From Armatimonadota bacterium (GTDB lineage Bacteria > Armatimonadota > JAAZEB01): 60,778 nucleotides of DNA. The position numbers were made by a program, and so were the translations under genes. The notes beneath the pieces were generated by a model, which searched no databases, was not told the origin of the DNA, and saw only the letters and a list, made by a program, of their open reading frames with translations. The stretch covers positions 1 to 60,778 of the forward strand of contig JAAZEB010000080.1 in NCBI GenBank assembly GCA_012512505.1. Reading direction: 5' to 3'. Positions 14,631 to 23,172 of this stretch are shown here, in pieces (positions within the stretch are counted from its first letter, which is position 1; each line of letters starts with the position of its first letter).

Positions 14631-16598
14631 TCAGATGAAGATCTTGTAGGTGGCCACCCCGAGCAGCGGCCCGAGGATGGCCCAGAGTGAGCCGACCGTG
14701 TAATCTCCCAGGACCAGCCCCAGGAAGAACGGGATCGCCCCCACGTGCGCCCGGCGGCCGCCAAAGCGGATCAGCGAGACTTTGAACAGCCACGCCAGGA
14801 AGAAGGCGAACCAGAAGTAGTCCATGGCAAAGCTCACGGCCAGGGCGTAGCCGGCCGGGTGAAATGGCCAGCCGGCGAACGCCGTGCGCAGCGTGCGCAG
14901 GCCAAAGACCACCAAGGCGCCGCCGGCGAACGCCATCAGGTTGGGCAGCTCGGTTTTCGAGCCGGTGTCGAGCCACTGTTTGAGGCGCTCGAACGACTCG
15001 GCGCCCACCCAGCTCTTGAACCCAAGGCACTTGGCCTGTGCCCCCGCCGCGTAAGGCACCTGCAGGTTCGCCCAGTAAGCGGCCAGGATGGAGACCACGC
15101 TGGCCAGGATCGTCACGGCAAGGAGGCGTTGGAGGTGGATCCGACCGCCTTCGGCCATCTTGAACGCCTCCAACTGGTTGGGCATCGGGTGCGAGCGGTA
15201 GCAGCGGTGCAGCCAGTACATCCCGGAGATGACGGTCAGGTTCGCCGGGCCAAGGGCGGCGGAGCCGAAGAGGAGCACCATGATCTGCTGGGGGTTAACG
15301 AAGTAGATCTCGTGCGGGCTGCCCAACTCGGCGCGCACCCGCGTCATCGCCAGCGACAAGAGGAAGTAGATGCCAAAGAAGAGGATCACGTAGCCCGGCT
15401 GCATCCCGGCGGCCATGGCGAAGCCCATCAGGAAGACCGCCCCCACCAGCAGCGTGATCAGCGCCCAACGGTAGCGACGCGCCTCCTCGGGGTCCTCTTT
15501 CCAGGCCGAGCCGGCCAGTGCCGCCTCGGCAATCCGCCGCCAGTGGGGGCGTGTCGCCATCACCAGGGTGATCGCCAGCGCCAGCCACGCGCCGGACGAC
15601 ATCTCCCGGAAGTAGGGAAACCCCTTGGCGCGCGCCGCGTCCCACCCGGTCACCGCCCCCAGCACCTCCCACAGGCTGCGCAAGATGAAGAAGAACCAGC
15701 AAGAGAAGAGCAGGTCGGAGGGCATGAAGTAGCCCAGGCCGATGGCGAACGGGTAGGCCGCGGCCATCTTCCAGCCCATGGCGTTCCAGGGCCGGTTCCA
15801 GAACCAGGGGCTCAGGTCTTTCTGCTTGAACCACCCCAGGTAGGGGAAAGTGGGAAACAAGACGTGCAGGCCGTTGATGGTGCCGATGGCGAAGGCCACG
15901 GCGAAGCCGGTCCACATCAGGCGGTTGCGGAAGAAGCCGGTGCTCGCCTCGCCGGTCATCGCCAGGGGAAGCTGCACCAGGGGGAAGACCAACTTCTCGT
16001 GCTCGGTCCACAGCCGCCGCAGCAGCACGTTGATGGCGAGCATCATTGCCACCAGAACGAGCAGGAAAAGGCCCCACCAGGCCAGCGGCACCACCCAGGG
16101 GCGCCAGTTCCCATTCTGCCACGGCGACGACCAGCCGTTGTAGAACCCCTCCAGGGCCTCCTTATCCATCACAAAGAGCCACCGCGGCAGGTACTGGAAG
16201 AAGAACTCCTCGTAGCGGTTCTCCGGGGTGGCCATCCAGCGAGGGTGCCCAATGGCGCCAAACAAGTTCTGGACCGTGTCGTGCGCGGCGAAGACGCCGG
16301 AGATCACGACCATGATGTAGATGACGAGTAGCTCGCCCTGGTCCAGGCCGGCCCGGCCCAACAGCCTGCGCCACGCCATGTTGCCCAGCACCAGAACGAA
16401 GAGGAGGAAAAGAGGGGTAACCATCAGGGGGAGGCAAGTGCCGTCGAGGCTGTACCAGCGCACCTCCACCACGGTGATCCAGAAGGCGTTGATCGGGATG
16501 ATCAACAATCCGATCAGCACGGCGCGCAGGGTAACTCCGCCCGAACGGGAAGCCTGTGTCGGACGGCTCTCTGTGGAGGGCACTGGCTGTGCAACCAT
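14631..16598 (-). CDS. Large polytopic membrane protein of unknown function (possibly the DUF6785/DUF6784 family)
   Basis: The 655-aa protein has many hydrophobic segments rich in W, F and Y. Its ATG overlaps the murJ stop (TAATG). The family name is recalled from memory and not verified. Confidence 0.75.
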   Translation of the reverse strand: MVAQPVPSTESRPTQASRSGGVTLRAVLIGLLIIPINAFWITVVEVRWYSLDGTCLPLMVTPLFLLFVLVLGNMAWRRLLGRAGLDQGELLVIYIMVVISGVFAAHDTVQNLFGAIGHPRWMATPENRYEEFFFQYLPRWLFVMDKEALEGFYNGWSSPWQNGNWRPWVVPLAWWGLFLLVLVAMMLAINVLLRRLWTEHEKLVFPLVQLPLAMTGEASTGFFRNRLMWTGFAVAFAIGTINGLHVLFPTFPYLGWFKQKDLSPWFWNRPWNAMGWKMAAAYPFAIGLGYFMPSDLLFSCWFFFILRSLWEVLGAVTGWDAARAKGFPYFREMSSGAWLALAITLVMATRPHWRRIAEAALAGSAWKEDPEEARRYRWALITLLVGAVFLMGFAMAAGMQPGYVILFFGIYFLLSLAMTRVRAELGSPHEIYFVNPQQIMVLLFGSAALGPANLTVISGMYWLHRCYRSHPMPNQLEAFKMAEGGRIHLQRLLAVTILASVVSILAAYWANLQVPYAAGAQAKCLGFKSWVGAESFERLKQWLDTGSKTELPNLMAFAGGALVVFGLRTLRTAFAGWPFHPAGYALAVSFAMDYFWFAFFLAWLFKVSLIRFGGRRAHVGAIPFFLGLVLGDYTVGSLWAILGPLLGVATYKIFI

Positions 16599-18457
16599 TA
16601 GCGCTTCAGGAACCTCGCCATTCTGCCTCCGAATTTACCCCAGAGGTAGGCGACTTCCTCTTCGCCAAGCGCACGTCCGACCCACACATAAACCGGCAGG
16701 CTCACCACCGCCACCAGCACCGTCTCCACCAGCGCCCCAGCCGCGGAGTGTGAGGCCGGCGCCAGCGCGGCGACCAGGTGCGGCGGCAGCATCCCGGCAA
16801 AGCGGTAGGCCCCAAGAAACACCCCGCCCCCCACCACGGCAGCCAGGGCAACGCGGAGCGGCGTGGGCCCCGGCCGCAAGCGCGCGAGGCGAGCCCGGTA
16901 GGCGATCCAGGCGGGCACGCTGCCGAGCGCCAAGGCCACCGCCACGGCACCGGCCAGCCCCACCGCCGACCCGGACGCGGGCGCCAGCAGGGCGACGGAA
17001 GTGGCGGGCAGGGCGTGCAGACCGCGCTGCACACCCCAGGCAGCGGCAGCCATGGCAAGGGCGGCCAGCAGCATCCGGCGCAGCGAGCGGAGGATCGCCG
17101 GCAGCGCGAGGCCCTGCAGCCGCTTACGCAGGGCGATGAAGATGGCAACCGACTGCAGCGTGATCCCGATCGTGGTGGCCAGCGCCAGCCCCTCGGCGCC
17201 CATCGGGCGCATCAGCACCCAACTCAGTGGGAACATCACCGCCGTGGTGATCGTGCCCAGAAGAGCCGGCGTCAGTGTGTCCTGCAGCGAGTAGAGGCCC
17301 CGCGAAAGCACGTAGTTGGCCGACCAGGCGTACATCCCCAACGCGTACCAGCGCAGCACCGCGGCTACCCGCGCCGTGGCCGCGGCGTCAAACTCGCCCC
17401 GCTGATACACCAGGCGCACGGCCGGCTCCGCCAGCACGATCATCAACACGGTGACCGGGATCACCATCACGCCGACGCGCCCCAGCGCCTCGCGGATCTG
17501 GCGGCGGAACCCGGCGTGGTCTCGCGTGGCTGCCAGCCCCGCCAGGGTGCCAATCGCCGCGGTGGCCGCCGTAATGCCGAACATCCCCACCGGCACCAGC
17601 ATCAGCCGGTAGGCATTGTTCAGCGCCCCAATCGAGCCTTCCGGCAGGTGAACCCCCAGCACCGCGGCGATGATCTGATCCACGAACGAGTAAGAGACGG
17701 CGATCATCAGCGGCAGGGTGAGTACCACGAAGCGGCGCAGGCCCGGGTGGCGCAGGTCCCAGTGGAAGTGGAAGCGGGCGCCGGCATTGCGGGCAGCCAG
17801 CGCCACCAGCAGAAACGGCCCCAGCACCACGCCGACCAATCCGCCCCAGGCGAACGCCTCCACCCCCAACGAAGAGGCCAGCACCAGGCCGCCGACGATG
17901 ATGCCCAGGTTGTAGATCACCGAGCCGATGGCGGGAACCGCCACGTACCACTTGTCGTCGCCGCGGATGCTGTAGATCACCCCGTTGATCAGCCCGCCCA
18001 CCACGAAGCAGATCTGGCCGGGGAGCACGATCCGGGTGATGCGCACCACCAGGTCGAGCTGCGCCGGGGTGAACTTGCCGTGGCCGTAGACGAGCAGCAC
18101 CAGCGGCCGCGTCCAGATCTCAAAGACGAGCACCAGGGCGACCACCAGCACCAGCATCAGGCTGCCAATGACGGCGAAGAAGCGCCAGGCGGCCTGCTCG
18201 CGCTGGTGCTGCCAGTACTCCTGAAAGAGGGGCACGAAGGTGCTGCTGAGGGCGCCGCCGGCCACCAGGTAGTTGAGGATGTCCGGCACGTGGATGGCGG
18301 CATAGTAGGCATCCACGCTGCCGGAGAGGCCGAACTTGTAGGCGATGGTGGCGTCGCGGACAAAGCCAAGGAGGCGGCTGAGAAAGTGAATGAGCACCAG
18401 CAGCAGCGTCGCCTTCGTCAGACGGTCTCGCAGGCTGTCGCCCGAAGGATTGCTCAT
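16598..18457 (-). CDS. murJ: Lipid II flippase MurJ (MviN family) with a C-terminal hydrophobic extension
   Basis: The N-terminus LLLVLIHFLSRLLGFVRDATIAYKFGLSGSVDAYYAAIHVPDILNYLVAGGALSSTFVPLF is the canonical MurJ signature. At 619 aa it is about 90-100 aa longer than typical. Confidence 0.9.
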   Translation of the reverse strand: MSNPSGDSLRDRLTKATLLLVLIHFLSRLLGFVRDATIAYKFGLSGSVDAYYAAIHVPDILNYLVAGGALSSTFVPLFQEYWQHQREQAAWRFFAVIGSLMLVLVVALVLVFEIWTRPLVLLVYGHGKFTPAQLDLVVRITRIVLPGQICFVVGGLINGVIYSIRGDDKWYVAVPAIGSVIYNLGIIVGGLVLASSLGVEAFAWGGLVGVVLGPFLLVALAARNAGARFHFHWDLRHPGLRRFVVLTLPLMIAVSYSFVDQIIAAVLGVHLPEGSIGALNNAYRLMLVPVGMFGITAATAAIGTLAGLAATRDHAGFRRQIREALGRVGVMVIPVTVLMIVLAEPAVRLVYQRGEFDAAATARVAAVLRWYALGMYAWSANYVLSRGLYSLQDTLTPALLGTITTAVMFPLSWVLMRPMGAEGLALATTIGITLQSVAIFIALRKRLQGLALPAILRSLRRMLLAALAMAAAAWGVQRGLHALPATSVALLAPASGSAVGLAGAVAVALALGSVPAWIAYRARLARLRPGPTPLRVALAAVVGGGVFLGAYRFAGMLPPHLVAALAPASHSAAGALVETVLVAVVSLPVYVWVGRALGEEEVAYLWGKFGGRMARFLKR

Positions 18458-18583
18458 ACTGGTCTCACCTGGAACGGATCATCTCGTCTGCGTACCGCGG
18501 GAGCGGAAACAAGGAGCCGGCCAGAAGCCGGCGTCAGGTATCTGGAGGGCGCGGTTTGATGGCGGCAGCCCGACCCCATTTGC

Positions 18584-19738
18584 TCAGCGCCGGCCGCCTG
18601 CCCGAGGCGCGGCGCGGCCCAACGCCTCATGACAAAGCGCCCGGACGCGCTGGAGGCGGCCATCCTCGCCCAGGCGTTTCGCCGCCTCCTCGGCGTGCGA
18701 CAGCGCGGCCTGATAGTTGCCGCAGGTACACTCGGCCACCGCCAGGCGCTGGTGCGCCTGCCCAACCTGCTCGCTCCGCTGTGCCAGCGAGAGCGCCCGC
18801 CAGTAGGCATCCCGCGCCTGATCCAGATAAGAGCGCGCCCGCGGGTCCTCGGCAACGACGCGATTGGCTGCCAACTGCCGCTGCCGCTCGGCGCGCGCCG
18901 TGTCGCTCGCCGGCAGGCGAATCGGTTCGGGCGCGTGCCGGGGTGGACCCGCCACCATGCGCGCGTAGAGCAGATAGTGGTCGCCCAGCGCGAGGCTGCG
19001 GCCATAAGTGGGATCCGCGCGCTCGAGGGCGGCGATCTCGGTCGCCAGGCCGGTCAACGGGGCATCGCCGTAGGAGGAGGGAACCACCGACCCAGGCGTC
19101 GGGTAAGCCCCAGCGTTCTCCGCGTCCATCATGTTGCCGCTACGGCCCTGGCTGAAGCGGCCGCCACCGAATCCCTCGGTGCCCCTCGGGTTGGCGGTCA
19201 GTGGCATCGCCGGCGGGCCGTTTCCTGGCCAGCCCCTGGGGCCCATTCCCGGCATCCCGCCTTTGGGCCCCGGCATGCCCCCTTTAGGCCCCATCATCCC
19301 CGGCATCCCCTGCCCGGGGTAGCCGGGCGGGCCGGGCATCCCAGGCCCAAGGTAGCCGGGGGGCCCCATCTGGGGGCTGTTCGCGGGCATTCCCCGCTGG
19401 GCCATCCAGGGGGGCGACAGGTTGCCGATCCCGTTTGCGGGGCGGTTGCCGCCAGCATTACGGGAGTAGGACTGCGGTGAGGGCACCAACCACGCCAGGA
19501 GGGCGACACCGCCCCCCAGGAGCGCCAGCGACCGCACCCGCGCCAGCCAGCGCGCCAGGCGTCGGCGGCCGGGCGTGGCCGGCGTCCCGAGGACGCGGCC
19601 ACAGTTGCCACAGGCAAAGCGGCCCCCTGCCGGCGACGGCAGGTTCACCTGGCCACAGCGGCGGCAAGGCACGCCCTCCGCCGGAGCCGGCCAACCGGTA
19701 TCCACCGCGCGCACGCCTTTCCAGGAGGCACCCAGCAT
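18584..19738 (-). CDS. Zinc-ribbon / single-TM protein with a Gly-Pro-Met-rich low-complexity region and a helical C-terminal domain
   Basis: It has CRRCGQVN...FACGNCG (CxxC...CxxC), a TM segment LALLGGGVALLAWLV, the tract GMPGPPGYPGQGMPGMMGPKGGMPGPKGGMPGMGP, and a TPR-like C-terminus. The start site is uncertain because no clear RBS is present. Confidence 0.6.
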   Translation of the reverse strand: MLGASWKGVRAVDTGWPAPAEGVPCRRCGQVNLPSPAGGRFACGNCGRVLGTPATPGRRRLARWLARVRSLALLGGGVALLAWLVPSPQSYSRNAGGNRPANGIGNLSPPWMAQRGMPANSPQMGPPGYLGPGMPGPPGYPGQGMPGMMGPKGGMPGPKGGMPGMGPRGWPGNGPPAMPLTANPRGTEGFGGGRFSQGRSGNMMDAENAGAYPTPGSVVPSSYGDAPLTGLATEIAALERADPTYGRSLALGDHYLLYARMVAGPPRHAPEPIRLPASDTARAERQRQLAANRVVAEDPRARSYLDQARDAYWRALSLAQRSEQVGQAHQRLAVAECTCGNYQAALSHAEEAAKRLGEDGRLQRVRALCHEALGRAAPRAGGRR

Positions 19739-19926
19739 GGAGCAGCAGTCGCGGGGCGGCAGGCGACTGCCCGCCTTCGGGCCGCCACCCCGCGCGCCTC
19801 GCGCGGTAGGACGCCGAAGTGAATGGGCGCTCTCGCGAACGACGGTCGGGCGAAGGGAGAGTGCGCCCTCACTCCCGCGTCTTGCGCCGCCCGGGGTACC
19901 GGATCGACACCGCGGGCGAGGGGTCG

Positions 19927-20024
19927 TGGCGGAGGCGTGTGAGAATCGAACTCACCCAGGACAGCTCTCGCTGCCCCGCACAGGGTTTGAAGCCCAGGCC
20001 CTTCACCAGAAGAGACCCGCCCCC
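19927..20024 (-). tRNA. selC: tRNA-Sec (anticodon UCA)
   Basis: The minus-strand 98-mer is GGGGGCGGGTCTCTTCTGGTGAAGGGCCTGGGCTTCAAACCCTGTGCGGGGCAGCGAGAGCTGTCCTGGGTGAGTTCGATTCTCACACGCCTCCGCCA. Acceptor GGGGGCG pairs with CGCCTCC (one G-U). The 6-bp D stem CTCTTC/GAAGGG with the 4-nt loop TGGT is the tRNA-Sec hallmark. The anticodon loop is CTTCAAA. The 7-bp variable arm is GGGCAGC-GAGA-GCTGTCC. The T arm is GTGAG-TTCGATT-CTCAC, followed by discriminator G and CCA. The weak point is the anticodon stem, which is GGG/CCC plus C-G with an internal U-U mismatch. Confidence 0.75.
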
Positions 20025-20054
20025 ATCGGCGCTCCACGCTAACCCACCAGCTAC

Positions 20055-20083
20055 ATACTACCACGGCCGGCGCGTGCGGTCAA
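20055..20083 (-). promoter_or_regulatory. Sigma70-type promoter of selC
   Basis: On the minus strand there is TTGACC (20083-20078), a 17-nt spacer and TAGTAT (20060-20055), about 30 nt upstream of the tRNA-Sec 5' end. Confidence 0.6.
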
Positions 20084-20193
20084 GATCTCAGTGAGAGCTC
20101 AGGAATGGAAGTACGGCGGGCCACAGGCGGGCACGGACTGAGGGGCGCCCGGTAGCCGGCGCGCGGCGGGCACGGTGGCGCGCGGCCAGGCCT

Positions 20194-20820
20194 CTAGCTT
20201 TCGACGAAGCTGCGGAGGGCGCGCCGCAGGCTGTCGCGCCCGCGGGACAGACGCGATTTGACGGTGCCAACCGGCACCCCCACCACCTGGGCGATGTAGT
20301 CTACCGGCAGCCCCTCCAGGTGGTGCATCACCACCACCTCGCGGTGGTCCGGCGACAGGGTCTCGATAGCCTTGCGGACCGCCTCGGCGGTGGCGCTAAC
20401 CTCGGCCAGGCGGGCCGGCTCGTAGGAGGAGTCGGCCACCTCCAGCGGGGCGTACTCGCCATCGAGCAGGAACCCCTCGTCCAACGATAGCGGGGGCAAG
20501 TGGGCCCGACCGCGGCGGAAGTTGCGGCACAAGTTCACCGCGATGCGGCAGAGCCAGGCGAAGAACGCCTGCCCGTCGCGCAGGCTTCCCAAGGCACGGT
20601 ACGCCTTCACGAATGCATCCTGAACGAGGTCCGCAGCATCCTCTTGGTTGGAGACCATTCCATAGACCACATTGTGGATGCGGGCGTGGTAGCGGGCGAA
20701 GAGCGCCTCGAAGGCCGCCAGGTCGCCGGCCTGGGCACTGCGCACCAATGCGACGTCGCCCGCGTAGGCGGCCCGTTCTTCGGCCGTTCGCCGCACCTCA
20801 ACTGTGGAAGCCGCTGCCAT
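20194..20820 (-). CDS. ECF-type RNA polymerase sigma-70 family factor
   Basis: Region 2 reads FEALFARYHARIHNVVYGMVSNQEDAADLVQDAFVKAY. Region 4 reads LSPDHREVVVMHHLEGLPVDYIAQVVGVPVGTVKSRLSRGR. An RBS GGAAGGGGGA lies upstream. Confidence 0.9.
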   Translation of the reverse strand: MAAASTVEVRRTAEERAAYAGDVALVRSAQAGDLAAFEALFARYHARIHNVVYGMVSNQEDAADLVQDAFVKAYRALGSLRDGQAFFAWLCRIAVNLCRNFRRGRAHLPPLSLDEGFLLDGEYAPLEVADSSYEPARLAEVSATAEAVRKAIETLSPDHREVVVMHHLEGLPVDYIAQVVGVPVGTVKSRLSRGRDSLRRALRSFVES

Positions 20821-20984
20821 GCATCCCCCTTCCGTGGGTCGTGGCGCTGTCGGGTTACCGGCTCGATTCTAGCATGCCAACGTCCATTTGGTCATCAGGG
20901 TTTCCCCTCACCTGCCTCGGGGTTTTTGCTGATCGCCGCCTGATTGCCGCCAGATCCCCGTCGAAATCGCCGTGCCAGGGCGGC

Positions 20985-21013
20985 TTGACTCCGCCCCGGC
21001 CTCCGGGTACAAT
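20985..21013 (+). promoter_or_regulatory. Near-consensus sigma70 promoter of the DtxR-family gene
   Basis: TTGACT (20985-20990), a 17-nt spacer and TACAAT (21008-21013), about 35 nt upstream of ATG 21048. Confidence 0.6.
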
Positions 21014-21047
21014 GCTTGCAAGATACTCCGGCAGCAGCGAGAGGGCA

Positions 21048-21722
21048 ATGGCAAGCGAGTCGGTTCAAGACTATCTGAAAGCAGTATACTCCCTGGGACG
21101 CGGGCAGGAGAACGTGCCCACCTCGGCGATCGCCACCTACCTGGACGTGGCGCCGGCCTCGGTCACCAAGATGGTGAAGCGCCTGGCGGACGAGGGCTAC
21201 CTGCGTCACGTTCCTTACCAGGGGGTGGCCCTCACCGAAGAGGGCCACCGCGCCGCGCTGCGTGTCATTCGCCACCATCGTCTGCTCGAACTGTACCTCA
21301 CTGAGGCGCTCGGTTTCCCCTGGGACCTCGTCGATGCCGAGGCAGAGCGCCTAGAACACGTTATTTCTGACGAGATGGAGTCGCGAATCGATGCGGCGCT
21401 CGGCTATCCCACCACCGACCCGCACGGGCACCCGATCCCCCAGCGCGATGGCACCCTGCCGGAAGAAGACCTGGTCTGTCTCGACAGCGTGGAGGCTGGC
21501 GCCCGCGTCGCTATCCGCCGCGTGAGCGATGCCGACCCGGAGCTGCTGCGCTACCTCGGTGGCCTCGGCCTCTACCCGGGCACCACCGTGAACGTGTGCG
21601 CGCACGTCCCGTTTGGCGGCCCGATCCACCTGCAGGTGGACGGCCGCGACATCCACCTCGGCCGCGAACCGGCCGCCCACATCTTTGTCTGCCCGCTCGC
21701 CGCGGAAACGCCGTCGCACTGA
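21048..21722 (+). CDS. DtxR/IdeR/MntR-family metal-dependent transcriptional regulator
   Basis: ATG at 21048 follows GAGAGGG. The N-terminus is SVQDYLKAVYSLG..., and the helix-turn-helix is TSAIATYLDVAPASVTKMVKRL. Metal-site residues lie in AEAERLEHVISDEM, and there is a C-terminal FeoA/SH3-like domain. The promoter lies inside the longer ORF 20613.., so the upstream extension is rejected. Confidence 0.9.
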   Translation: MASESVQDYLKAVYSLGRGQENVPTSAIATYLDVAPASVTKMVKRLADEGYLRHVPYQGVALTEEGHRAALRVIRHHRLLELYLTEALGFPWDLVDAEAERLEHVISDEMESRIDAALGYPTTDPHGHPIPQRDGTLPEEDLVCLDSVEAGARVAIRRVSDADPELLRYLGGLGLYPGTTVNVCAHVPFGGPIHLQVDGRDIHLGREPAAHIFVCPLAAETPSH

Positions 21723-21844
21723 CCACCGGTTGGTCCCCGCGGGCAATGAGGAGAGACGCCGCCGGGCAGCCCGCGCGCGGCGAGCGCGGTGAGTCGAGGG
21801 AGAGCACCTGCGGGCGGTAGGGGAGGCGCGGGGCGAGCGACCGG

Positions 21845-22666
21845 CTAATCGGCGTGGGTGAGGCGGTGCAGGGCAATCTCGGGGCGGGCGAGGAAGCGCA
21901 CGCCGAAGCGGACCATCCCCACGCCGCGGCTGGTGTAGATCCAGGTGCTGCCGGCGCGCCGCAGCCCACGGGCAAAGCGGCGACCCAGGCGGCTTTCGGT
22001 GACAATCGGCCCGTAGAACGGAGCGCAAACCTGCCCGCCGTGGGTGTGCCCGCTCAGCACCAGGTCGATCTTTCGCTCGGCGGCCTCCCAGGCGATGTCG
22101 GGCGAATGCGCCAGCAGGATCGTGCGCGCGCCCTCCGGCACCGACGCCAGGGCGGCATCCAGCCGGTCGAGGTAGTACTCCGAGTTGTCGCGCACGCCGA
22201 CGACCCAAAGGGGGGTGGCGCCCGCGACCACCGGGGCCGCTTCGTTGCGCAGGAGGTGAATGCCGTTCGCGGCGAAGGCGCGGCGGAAGGCGCGCTCGCC
22301 GGCGGTGATATCGTGGCCCCCGAGCACCGCCCACACGCCGAGCCGGGCGCGCAGCCGGCCCAACTCCCGGGCGATCGGCTCCACCTCGTGGGGATACTGA
22401 TCCACGAAGTCGCCGGTCAGGGCGATCAGGTCCGGCTGCAGGGCGTTGGTGCGGGTGATCAGGGCTTCCAGCAGCCTCGGGGCCAGCAGCCGTCCGTAGT
22501 GGATGTCGGACAGGTGGGCCACCGTCAGGCCCCGCAGCGCCTCCGGGATGCAGGGCAGCGCGATGTCGCGGCGGGTCACTTGCAGCCACCGGGGTTCCAG
22601 CGCGCCGGCATAGGCGGCAAGCAAGACGCCGGCAACCGCGGCGCCGCCCACAAGGTCAGCGGTCAT
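21845..22666 (-). CDS. Membrane-anchored calcineurin-like metallophosphoesterase
   Basis: The motifs HLSDIHYG, GDFVD, GGHD and GHTHGG occur in canonical order, after an N-terminal hydrophobic segment. Confidence 0.85.
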   Translation of the reverse strand: MTADLVGGAAVAGVLLAAYAGALEPRWLQVTRRDIALPCIPEALRGLTVAHLSDIHYGRLLAPRLLEALITRTNALQPDLIALTGDFVDQYPHEVEPIARELGRLRARLGVWAVLGGHDITAGERAFRRAFAANGIHLLRNEAAPVVAGATPLWVVGVRDNSEYYLDRLDAALASVPEGARTILLAHSPDIAWEAAERKIDLVLSGHTHGGQVCAPFYGPIVTESRLGRRFARGLRRAGSTWIYTSRGVGMVRFGVRFLARPEIALHRLTHAD

Positions 22667-22691
22667 CTGGCCGGGCTCCCACCCCAGTCGC

Positions 22692-23045
22692 TCACCGGCA
22701 GCACGCCTGTTGGACCGGGATCAAGCAGAGGAACTTGAGGCGGCGGTCCGGCGCGCCCCGGAACTGATGCTCCTCGTTGGGGGCCAGGTAGACGGCGGTG
22801 CCCGGAGAGAGCGGCACGCTGCCCTCGGCCGTCTCCACGTTGCCGCCCCCCTCCAGCACGAACACCTCGTGCTCCCAGGGATGAGAGTGCCGCGGCGTGC
22901 AGCCTCCCGGCGCCAGCTCGAAGACGCGCATCGCGAAGGTGGGCGCGCCCGTTTCGGCCGTGAAGATCTCGCGGATGGTGGCGCGCTCGGCACCTTCCAC
23001 CGCCACCGGCTTCGCCTCTACCTGCTGGTGGTGGATCACCTGCAT
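22692..23045 (-). CDS. Cupin domain protein
   Basis: ATG at 23045 follows AAGGAG. The cupin motifs are PRHSHPWEHEVFVLEG and PNEEHQF. Confidence 0.75.
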   Translation of the reverse strand: MQVIHHQQVEAKPVAVEGAERATIREIFTAETGAPTFAMRVFELAPGGCTPRHSHPWEHEVFVLEGGGNVETAEGSVPLSPGTAVYLAPNEEHQFRGAPDRRLKFLCLIPVQQACCR

Positions 23046-23172
23046 CTGTCGCTCCTTGCTCCCGGCCAGTGTGTTGCCGGCGATCATTCTACCACATCCT
23101 CCCGGGGCACGCAAACAGTACCGTGAGCCCGCCCGGCGCCCCGCGGTGAGAGGCGTTGGCGCCCGGCGAGGC

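Noticed and set aside
14616-14633. In-frame TGA between the membrane-protein gene and the Gfo/Idh/MocA gene as a possible Sec codon (selC is nearby)
   Set aside because: The 12-nt spacer is a normal RBS (GAGAGGAAC) followed by ATG. A membrane-protein/oxidoreductase fusion is implausible, and no SECIS-like hairpin follows the TGA.
20613-21047. Upstream extension of the DtxR-family ORF (369 aa)
   Set aside because: A near-consensus promoter (20985-21013) and an RBS lie inside the extension. DtxR homology starts at the ATG at 21048, and the extension overlaps the divergent sigma gene.
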